Below are positions 20,128-27,071 of a DNA stretch of 64,000 nt, piece by piece. The stretch's first letter is position 1. Every line of letters begins with the position of its first letter. Both the position numbers and the translations under genes were made by a program. Below the pieces are notes generated by a model. The model saw nothing but the letters and a program-made list of their open reading frames with translations. It made no database searches and was not told the DNA's origin. This DNA comes from a virus. The stretch lies in the IMG/VR virus record IMGVR_UViG_3300012665_001507; one strand, 5' to 3'.

Positions 20128-20154
20128 TCAAAGCATATCAAATTCTTTTTTCAT
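20128..20154 (-). promoter_or_regulatory. uORF MKKEFDML ending CTT-TGA, followed by a hairpin
   Basis: ATG AAA AAA GAA TTT GAT ATG CTT TGA, then GGTCTA..TAGACT stem ending 8 nt before the next ATG. Confidence 0.45.
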
Positions 20155-20167
20155 AACACTAATTTTG

Positions 20168-20238
20168 CACACCCACTAGGATTCGAACCTAGAACAACGG
20201 TTTTGGAGACCGTGATGATACCATTTCACCATGGATGT
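20168..20238 (-). tRNA. tRNA-Trp(CCA)
   Basis: Cloverleaf, loop CT-CCA-AA, G73. Confidence 0.92.
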
Positions 20239-20244
20239 ATTTTG

Positions 20245-20316
20245 GGTGTTAGGACGGTACCGAGCCGTCTTCTTTGGCTTCACAAACCAACACTTCACCT
20301 TAAAGCTTCAAACACC
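20245..20316 (-). tRNA. tRNA-His(GTG), divergent
   Basis: G-1:C73, loop TT-GTG-AA, atypical T loop CTCGGTA. Confidence 0.8.
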
Positions 20317-20325
20317 ATATACTAG

Positions 20326-20400
20326 GGTGGAAGATGGGTCTCGAACCCACGACCTTCTGAACCACAATCAGACGCTCTAACCAACTGAGCTACAACCACC
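20326..20400 (-). tRNA. tRNA-His(GTG)
   Basis: G-1:C73, loop TT-GTG-GT, canonical arms. Confidence 0.92.
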
Positions 20401-20409
20401 ATTTATTTG

Positions 20410-20499
20410 CGGAGAGAGTGGGACTCGAACCCACACATCCTTTTACAAACCCTCGGTTTTCAAGACCGCTGCCGCTAGGCCAACTCGGCTTACCTCTCC
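20410..20499 (-). tRNA. tRNA-Ser(TGA)
   Basis: Long variable arm, loop CT-TGA-AA, G73. Confidence 0.9.
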
Positions 20500-20675
20500 G
20501 TATTATTTTTAATCTGTACAAAAACGACAGTGAAACCACCCTCTTTTTGAAATTTCAATTCACCTTGATACCCGCTGGCATCTGCAATCTTTCTGTACTT
20601 GTCGACAATCAAGTCGAAATTCTTTGCTAGGTCTAAGTTTTTTTCTTGCCCTAACTTTCTTACCAATTCTCCCAT
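20490..20675 (-). CDS. Hypothetical protein, first gene after the attenuator
   Basis: 61-aa ORF whose stop overlaps the 5' end of tRNA-Ser(TGA). Confidence 0.5.
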   Translation of the reverse strand: MGELVRKLGQEKNLDLAKNFDLIVDKYRKIADASGYQGELKFQKEGGFTVVFVQIKNNTER

Positions 20676-20681
20676 AGTCGT

Positions 20682-20719
20682 AAAATAAAAAACCCGACTA
20701 AGTTTTCACTTGTCGGGTT
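20682..20719 (-). terminator. Attenuator terminator upstream of the tRNA array
   Basis: AACCCGAC-AAGTGAAAACTTA-GTCGGGTT followed by TTTTATTTT; its 5' arm is also complementary to TGTCGGGT in the leader ORF. Confidence 0.85.
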
Positions 20720-20749
20720 AATGTTATTTGTTGTTATCTTTTGAGTTGT

Positions 20750-20848
20750 TTAGAACTCAGTGATATCACAATTAGACATACCCGACACATGGTGACTATT
20801 GCGTCTCCAATTCGAAATCGAAATCATATGTATGTTAATTGTTCTCAT
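20750..20848 (-). CDS. Leader (attenuator) peptide MRTINIHMISISNWRRNSHHVSGMSNCDITEF
   Basis: 32-codon ORF between the promoter (20916-20923) and the terminator; codons match the downstream tRNA set. Confidence 0.8.
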   Translation of the reverse strand: MRTINIHMISISNWRRNSHHVSGMSNCDITEF

Positions 20849-20991
20849 TTTGTTTTTCTTTGTTTGAGCATTGTGCTCGTTGTTAATAAATATACTCCTA
20901 TTTCTAAAAGTTATACAAAGGTACTATCTTTTTTAATAAAAAGCAAGCTTTTTTGTAAATATTTTTATTTTATTTTATAAATGTTTGATTA

Positions 20992-21444
20992 TCAGACAAA
21001 TTTTTCAGCCGTAACATAGACATATTCTGTCTCACCAACCAACTCTCTACGTTTTAACCAATCTTTTAGATTACCCAAAGCTCTAAATTGTTGACCCCAG
21101 ATATAATCATAACCTAGTGTTCTAGGGTAATCTTTCATTTGGTTTCCGTATCCTTGTCCTCTTAATGATTTATCGACACATAGTAAAATACCTTCAACAC
21201 CTTTTAAGTTTTTGTAATCTTTAGCGGAAACCATGTAATTTATTTGGTTACCGCCAAATATGTAAGCACCCATGATATTGTTTTCTTCATCAACCAATAG
21301 TATTGATTCATCCCAATTAACATTTGCCAAATATCTCATGTATTGGTAAAAATTGGTTACATCCATTACGTGCTCAAAGAATTGATGAGTGTAATCTAAA
21401 ACTTCAGTTACTTTATTCTGCGGTATCCCTTGTATAATCTTCAT
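20992..21444 (-). CDS. GNAT-family acetyltransferase
   Basis: VDKSLRGQGYG acetyl-CoA binding motif. Confidence 0.7.
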   Translation of the reverse strand: MKIIQGIPQNKVTEVLDYTHQFFEHVMDVTNFYQYMRYLANVNWDESILLVDEENNIMGAYIFGGNQINYMVSAKDYKNLKGVEGILLCVDKSLRGQGYGNQMKDYPRTLGYDYIWGQQFRALGNLKDWLKRRELVGETEYVYVTAEKFV

Positions 21445-21907
21445 TTACTAATATTTCAAAAAATTGATAATCTCTCGGCATCCAAATATGGTTAAGTTGT
21501 TGAATGTCATATTTAATAACACCTAACCATGGGTCAAGTATATCAAAAACATCACCAACATATCCGTTGGCTATAATCCAGTGAGGTACACCTTGCGTGA
21601 TTGTTCTAATGATTGGAATGTTACCAGCATCGATAACTTGTTTTAACAAATCAAACGGTCTTTTTTGGTGAATGTACTCGATGTATTTCATCTTAACAGC
21701 ATCCATACCCTTTTGCATCCTGTCTGGTGGTGTTCCGACAATCCAATCGGTACCACAAGCTTCAGCAATAGTTTCAACGGTATCAGCTATATCAATATCA
21801 AACGGTAAATCGTTTGGGTGATTCAAGATATATCTTAAGGCCATGTAGATACATGTTGGCCCACATGTGTTACCTGTTGGTTGCTGTTCGTAATTAATAG
21901 TTATCAT
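21413..21907 (-). CDS. Peptidase C39-like cysteine protease
   Basis: QQ...TCGPTC, PHWI, ILDPW; start MITINYEQ at 21907. Confidence 0.75.
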   Translation of the reverse strand: MITINYEQQPTGNTCGPTCIYMALRYILNHPNDLPFDIDIADTVETIAEACGTDWIVGTPPDRMQKGMDAVKMKYIEYIHQKRPFDLLKQVIDAGNIPIIRTITQGVPHWIIANGYVGDVFDILDPWLGVIKYDIQQLNHIWMPRDYQFFEILVNEDYTRDTAE

Positions 21908-22268
21908 CTGATTCCTCATCATCAAACTCGTCATCGTAGTCATCTTCAAACTCGTCATCATAATCATCTTCTTCACCGATTACTTCTGCTAAGAAACCTT
22001 CGCTAACAAAAACACCAAATTCATTGTTGAATATGCGTTTAATCATTTTAGTTTCTTCTGTTGAGATTTCCTTGAATTCGATTCTGTTTAATAAATCTTC
22101 TCCACTGGTGTATTCTAATTCGTCTTCACCTACATTGTAGACAAACGGCCAATTAATGCTACTAGCCATTTCTTCATAGGTTTCAACATCTTTGTCTGTC
22201 ATAACAACAAACCCATTGATTTCGATTTCATCAATCGTATCACTAAAGATTGCCAAATATTTTGCCAT
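21894..22268 (-). CDS. Acidic hypothetical protein
   Basis: ORF with D/E-rich C-terminus. Confidence 0.65.
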   Translation of the reverse strand: MAKYLAIFSDTIDEIEINGFVVMTDKDVETYEEMASSINWPFVYNVGEDELEYTSGEDLLNRIEFKEISTEETKMIKRIFNNEFGVFVSEGFLAEVIGEEDDYDDEFEDDYDDEFDDEESDDNY

Positions 22269-22319
22269 AATATAATTTTATAAGAATAAATATAATACAA
22301 TCACAATTGTAAATCAAGT

Positions 22320-23477
22320 TTATCCTAATAATTTTTTAAAATTATCAGTTTCAACCTTTTGAATTGCTTGACCTAGTTCTGGTCCTGGTTTTAGATTCAT
22401 CTTATCCATTAACTCTGGCCCAGAAACACTCAATTGGAATTGAATGAACGCATCTAACAATTTAGAATCTAACCCAACAATCTTACCGAATGTTTTCATC
22501 TGTTCTGGTGTAACACCAGCATTCTTTTGTGCTCTTTTAAGCAAGACAGCAGTTTCTGGTGATAATTTAATTAAACCAATCAAAAAACTAATTGCTTTAA
22601 CCTCATCCGCTGAGTATTTCAAGTTATTCAATTCTTTTCTCAAAGATTCAATGTTGTTTCTTTTCAATATGTTTGCAATAACAATGATTGGGTCGTTATT
22701 TTCAACAAAGTCTTTATCAACAGCTAAACCATTGAACACCCAGTCAAACAATCCGTAACCATCAATCATCTGTAAGAAATTCTTAACCGACTTAGCAGAA
22801 GCAATACCTTTCAAAAACTCATCTCTAATACGTTCACCAGAAATACCTTTAAGGCTAGCATCCTTCTTCAACGCAGCATCGGTTGCTGGGTCTAATTGAC
22901 TACCAAACCTACCAGCAAAACGAATCGCTCTAAGGATACGAAGTCTATCTTCACCAAACCTATCTTCTGGAGAACCAACTGTTTTAACAACCCCATTTTT
23001 AAGGTCATTAACACCGCCAACAAGGTCAACAATTTCTTTTGTGTCAATATCGTAGAACAAAGCATTGATGGTTAAGTCACGTCTTTTAACGTCACCTTCA
23101 ATGTTTGTAAATGATACAGCATCTGGTCTTCTACCACCAGATAAGTCTTCACGAAACGTTGCAATCTCGTATTCGCCTTGGTCGGTGAATACATTGATTA
23201 CACCAAATGCTTTACCAGTAGGAAGAGTTCTTAGATTAGCTTTGGCCATCATTTCTTCTACCTTGTCTGGAACAGCGTCAGTAGCTAAGTCGTAGTCTTT
23301 TGGGTTTTTACCCAATAAAGCATCACGAACAGCACCACCAACAACATACAACTTGTATCCGTTTTTCTTGAACACTTGTTGGATTTGTTGAATGTCGCTA
23401 GGAATAGGGATATCCATACGGATTCTTTCTTCCATCATTAGTCCTTCTCTTAGTATTTGTTTAATTTCGTTTTTCAT
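22320..23477 (-). CDS. cca: CCA-adding enzyme / tRNA nucleotidyltransferase (class II)
   Basis: VGGAVRD, DYD, RRDLTINA, EDRLRILRAIRF, ERIRDE motifs. Confidence 0.9.
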   Translation of the reverse strand: MKNEIKQILREGLMMEERIRMDIPIPSDIQQIQQVFKKNGYKLYVVGGAVRDALLGKNPKDYDLATDAVPDKVEEMMAKANLRTLPTGKAFGVINVFTDQGEYEIATFREDLSGGRRPDAVSFTNIEGDVKRRDLTINALFYDIDTKEIVDLVGGVNDLKNGVVKTVGSPEDRFGEDRLRILRAIRFAGRFGSQLDPATDAALKKDASLKGISGERIRDEFLKGIASAKSVKNFLQMIDGYGLFDWVFNGLAVDKDFVENNDPIIVIANILKRNNIESLRKELNNLKYSADEVKAISFLIGLIKLSPETAVLLKRAQKNAGVTPEQMKTFGKIVGLDSKLLDAFIQFQLSVSGPELMDKMNLKPGPELGQAIQKVETDNFKKLLG

Positions 23478-23550
23478 AGTACAAAGGTATTAAAAATATT
23501 TGACATATCCAAATATAATAATAAATACTTTATTAAATAAAAAAGGGGTA

Positions 23551-23973
23551 TTAAACCCCTTCTTTACTTAACTTCAATCTATTGATTAAAGTTTCATTAT
23601 AATCTCTAATTTCTTTCCAACCCATTGGTGGTTTTGGTAATTGACTCACCGCTTCTACCAAAACATCAGCCATCCATTGAGTTTTCTTTTTAAGTTTTAC
23701 AGATTTCATTTCTCTATTCAAGAATAAAGAGTGTTTTATCCAACACTTAGCGTTAGGGTCATCGTAACGACCAATTTCCACGTTTCTATCAATAGCTTTA
23801 GGTTCTAAATTTTCATCTAACCAGATTGAGAACCAAATTTTCTCACCATCCATTGTCGTAGTTTCAACTACTCTTAAAAATTTATCATTTTTTTCACCAG
23901 AAACGAATACGTGTTGTGATGTTTTTGTTAAATATGTGTTCAATTCTTGTTGAACTTGTTCTTTTGTTTTCAT
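23551..23973 (-). CDS. Hypothetical protein downstream of the RAPP mini-ORF
   Basis: ORF track. Confidence 0.65.
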   Translation of the reverse strand: MKTKEQVQQELNTYLTKTSQHVFVSGEKNDKFLRVVETTTMDGEKIWFSIWLDENLEPKAIDRNVEIGRYDDPNAKCWIKHSLFLNREMKSVKLKKKTQWMADVLVEAVSQLPKPPMGWKEIRDYNETLINRLKLSKEGV

Positions 23974-24057
23974 TTTGTCTATGTTTTAAGTTTATTTTTA
24001 TAATTTTTGTTGTAGTTGGACATTTTATGTGTCCAAGTGTCCAAGTATTAAATAAAC

Positions 24058-24087
24058 TTAAGGCGGTGCTCTGAGAATCTACATCAT
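24058..24087 (-). promoter_or_regulatory. Mini-ORF M-M-amber-I-L-R-A-P-P-stop
   Basis: ATG ATG TAG ATT CTC AGA GCA CCG CCT TAA. Confidence 0.6.
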
Positions 24088-24116
24088 GATTTCTTTGTTT
24101 TAGTTATTGTTATTAG

Positions 24117-24186
24117 AGGTGGGGGAAGGATTCGAACCTACATACCCATTCTTGCGGAATGGTACCTACCATTTGGTTACCCCACC
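24117..24186 (-). tRNA. Atypical tRNA-Cys(GCA)-like
   Basis: GGTGGGG/CCCCACC acceptor, U73, loop CC-GCA-AG (C33 instead of U33), T-stem mismatch. Confidence 0.65.
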
Positions 24187-24191
24187 TTGTA

Positions 24192-24437
24192 TCAAGGATA
24201 AATCCTTGCTATGTTATTTATGATTTCTAATTTGGCCTTGAATTTAATCGAACCCTTGGTGCTTGGATTGTCTGGTGTTTCTTTGGTTGAAAAGCCAATA
24301 CCAGAATCCATATCTACATGGTCAACATAGTATGTTTCACCCTTGACTTTGATTACCCACATTGGAATGTTGGTATCTTGCAAGTGCATCTTGTTGAAAT
24401 GGAAAATAATCTCGGTTCTTTTATCGATTTTAAGCAT
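24192..24437 (-). CDS. Hypothetical protein
   Basis: Overlaps the Pth2 stop (translational coupling). Confidence 0.65.
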   Translation of the reverse strand: MLKIDKRTEIIFHFNKMHLQDTNIPMWVIKVKGETYYVDHVDMDSGIGFSTKETPDNPSTKGSIKFKAKLEIINNIARIYP

Positions 24438-24780
24438 GACATACCTCCTTTCCTAGTAACGGACAAGAACTTGTCAACTTTCTAGCTCTATCGCTAGGTT
24501 CAAATGCTACTGCTGTGATTTCGTTGTTCAAGTCTGGTTCACGAAATAACGTGTACTTGATACCAGACACAAGAGCTTTGCTAATCAATTTGATTAACGC
24601 TTCTTCGTCAGCGACAGTCAGTAATGCTAAATAGTTTGAATTTTTTTGCCATTGTGTAGCTTCCTGTGGATGCTCATGTTGAAAATCAATGGCTGCGTGT
24701 GCAGATTGCACCGCTTGTGTAGAAATTTGTAGGTCACGTCTTGTGACAACTCTTAATTTTTGATTGTTAATCTATTTCAT
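24430..24780 (-). CDS. Peptidyl-tRNA hydrolase type 2 with in-frame TAG at codon 3
   Basis: ATG AAA TAG ATT... continues in frame to KLRVVTRRDL...AVQSAHAA (the Pth2 N-terminal signature) and FREPDL...TAVA. Confidence 0.75.
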
Positions 24781-24835
24781 CGTTTTTGTTTTTATATAAA
24801 TATATTACTTTAATTTAAAAAGTCAAATCTTTTTG

Positions 24836-24907
24836 TGATTCTAATGGGATTCGAACCCATGCCTAATGGTTTTAGAGGCCATCGTACTGCCGTTATACTA
24901 TAGAACC
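24836..24907 (-). tRNA. Amber suppressor tRNA (anticodon CTA)
   Basis: GGTTCTA/TAGAATC acceptor, GTAT/GTAC D stem, ATGGC-CTCTAAA-ACCAT anticodon arm, ATGGG-TTCGAAT-CCCAT T arm; own promoter at 24919. Confidence 0.88.
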
Positions 24908-24957
24908 TTATTATGATACAAAGGTACCACAACTTTTTTTAAAAAGCAAGTTTTTTT

Positions 24958-25476
24958 CTAATTTTTTTTCAAAAATTTTCCTAACCTCACCACTTTTTCT
25001 TTAAATTCCTCAAATGTACCATTGTTTTCAATAATAATATCAGCACATGTTTTATCAATATTGAATGAAGAAGCATCTTCCAACGGTAACCTACCAGAAC
25101 CATCCACCCAAATGATTATATCAAACAACCCTTGGTTGATACACTCTAATATCTCACCTCTATCACGCATCCCAACATAACAATCAGCCATCTCAAGGAT
25201 TCCTTTTGCTAATCTAGCTCTATCTTCCTTGTTGTAGTCGCAAATAGCTTCATACCATTCTTGTCTGTGATTAACTCGGTCTTCAAAGCACTCAACTGAG
25301 TTTTGATACCCGTACTTATCTTTCAATAAATCATAAAGAAAAATATCAGCCGCAGCTTGTGATGAGGAAACAAACGTTAACCCAAATTCTTCATTCATGA
25401 TTTCAGCTAATGAATCCTTACCATGTCTCGCATGACCGATAATTAGCATTTTCTTAAAATTGCTTTCTAATCCCAT
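24958..25476 (-). CDS. Deoxynucleoside monophosphate kinase-like P-loop protein
   Basis: GHARHGKD Walker A; DIIIENNG C-terminal motif. Confidence 0.65.
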   Translation of the reverse strand: MGLESNFKKMLIIGHARHGKDSLAEIMNEEFGLTFVSSSQAAADIFLYDLLKDKYGYQNSVECFEDRVNHRQEWYEAICDYNKEDRARLAKGILEMADCYVGMRDRGEILECINQGLFDIIIWVDGSGRLPLEDASSFNIDKTCADIIIENNGTFEEFKEKVVRLGKFLKKN

Positions 25477-25724
25477 TCTTCTAATGTTTTATCTCTGTTT
25501 TCAATTACACATCTTAATGCTAGTTCAATATCACAATGATAATTTAAGATTTGACCTTCTATTATCATGCATGTATTAACACCCAATGCTGTGTAAAACT
25601 TTTCTTTGTCAATATCAAACTTCTCCAAAATGTCATTGGTTTCGCTACCCAAAAACCCATGTTTGTGTTTTGTTGGGTACGTGTCGATAAATTCAGTTAA
25701 ATTCTCTGATGTTAACTTATCCAT
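25467..25724 (-). CDS. Hypothetical protein
   Basis: ORF track, coupled to neighbours. Confidence 0.6.
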   Translation of the reverse strand: MDKLTSENLTEFIDTYPTKHKHGFLGSETNDILEKFDIDKEKFYTALGVNTCMIIEGQILNYHCDIELALRCVIENRDKTLEEWD

Positions 25725-25999
25725 TACTTTGCGTATATGTCGGAACTTTCGTTGGTAATTTTATCCCTAACAACATCACGGTCCATTAACTCATCAGCCA
25801 ACGTGTCGTAAATTTCACTGTTGGTTGATTTCATTTCCCATGCGTTTTCTTCAATATAATCAATCATTTCTTCTTTGTCCATACCAGCTAATTCTGGATA
25901 ATCTTCAACATTGATTTCTAATGATTCTCTAAATAAAGAGGTTTCGTAATACTCAGTAGCACCTACTGTAATCGTCTTTGGTGTTTCGTTTTCTGCCAT
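25724..25999 (-). CDS. Acidic hypothetical protein
   Basis: ORF track; promoter at about 26014. Confidence 0.6.
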   Translation of the reverse strand: MAENETPKTITVGATEYYETSLFRESLEINVEDYPELAGMDKEEMIDYIEENAWEMKSTNSEIYDTLADELMDRDVVRDKITNESSDIYAK

Positions 26000-26036
26000 A
26001 GTCTTTTTTTATACAAAGATACTATTTTATTTTCGA

Positions 26037-26714
26037 TTATGCAAGTAATTCTAATTTTCCTCGTAAGATATCTTTCAAACTGGCTGTTTTATTGGTAAGG
26101 TGGTCAACAACAACACCATCTTTTACTCGATATGTTCTACGTTTGTCACTTCTATCACCCTTACCAATTTGTTCACGTCTTTCTTCAACCTCTTCAGAAG
26201 TATGACCTGTACGATAAAATTCATTTACACGTCTTTTAAGCTCTTTTAAAGCATCTTCTTTGTTCTTGTGTTGATTCCTTCCATCTCGAACTACTTTGAG
26301 CCCTGTAGCCACGTGTGTAACCACCACACAAGAATCTGTGGTGTTCTTATGTTGACCACCATTCCCAGTTCCTCTGGTTGTTTCCAAACGATATTCACTA
26401 GGATGTAATTCTACTTCCTTGTACTCGTTTTCCTCTAAAATTGCTACAGTAATTGAACTGGTATGAACTCTACCCTTTCTTTCGGTTGGTGGGACTCTTT
26501 GCCACCTGTGGTTTCCCACTTCGTTGCTAAAGACTTCTTTTACATTCTTGCCTGTTAGTCAGATACTAACAAACCCTAACCTATCTTCGGTTATCAGTCA
26601 GTCGATGTTATTGTTTTTCGCTGTTTTGATGTAAATGTCTCGCATTTCACAAACCAACAGCTTCGCATCGGTTCCACCCTCTGCATCACGGATTTCTAAT
26701 AAGATTTTTCCCAT
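26037..26714 (-). CDS. Class I release factor, RF1-like, lacking domain 1, with two in-frame TGA
   Basis: MGKILLEIRDAEGG...; TGA at codons 39 and 52; GNHRWQRVPPTE..GRVHTS (PxT), GGQ, RNQHKNK, RTY. Confidence 0.85.
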
Positions 26715-26742
26715 TGGTTTTGTTTTTTGTTTTTGTTATAAT

Positions 26743-26769
26743 AAAAAACCCCATATCGCTATGAGGTTT
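26743..26769 (-). terminator. Intrinsic terminator closing the ncRNA operon
   Basis: AAACCTCATA-GCGA-TATGGGGTTTTTT; near-identical copy at 41408-41434. Confidence 0.7.
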
Positions 26770-26777
26770 AATGATTT

Positions 26778-26833
26778 CAGAATAGCATGTTTTTTCCTAT
26801 ATAAAGTTGTTAAATTGCTGTAACTATTCTTTT
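26778..26833 (-). ncRNA. CWGCAA stem-closed ncRNA-like element A
   Basis: AAAGAATAG-TTACAGCAA...CTATTCTG; ends base-pair. Confidence 0.6.
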
Positions 26834-26836
26834 TTG

Positions 26837-26908
26837 TAGCGGATGATGGACTCGAACCACCGACCTCAAGGTTATGAGCCTTGCGAGCTACCTCTGCTCT
26901 AATCCGCA
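26837..26908 (-). tRNA. tRNA-Met(CAT), initiator-like
   Basis: TGCGGAT/ATCCGCT acceptor with 1:72 mismatch, AGAGCAG..GGTAGCTCG D arm, loop CT-CAT-AA. Confidence 0.85.
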
Positions 26909-26915
26909 ATGTTAG

Positions 26916-26986
26916 ACTACTATAAAGGACTCGAACCTTTTACCCTCACCCCCATGGATGCCGCACTTCCCTCATGCTTATAGTAA
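26916..26986 (-). ncRNA. tRNA-like element without a canonical anticodon loop
   Basis: TTACTAT/ATAGTAG acceptor, GCAT/GTGC D stem, AAAGG-TTCGAGT-CCTTT T arm, aberrant anticodon arm. Confidence 0.6.
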
Positions 26987-26996
26987 TATTGTTGAC

Positions 26997-27058
26997 CAGA
27001 ATCTATTGTTGTTTTCTGTTTTTCTGATAGAGTTTTTCAATTGCTGAAAAGATTCTTT
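26997..27058 (-). ncRNA. CWGCAA stem-closed ncRNA-like element B
   Basis: AAAGAATCT-TTTCAGCAA...AGATTCTG. Confidence 0.6.
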
Positions 27059-27071
27059 AGTCAATTTGTTT

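Noticed and set aside
20410-20499. Possible opal or selenocysteine tRNA explaining UGA read-through
   Set aside because: Anticodon is TGA (Ser, reads TCA/TCG), not TCA; no TCA-anticodon tRNA seen in the window
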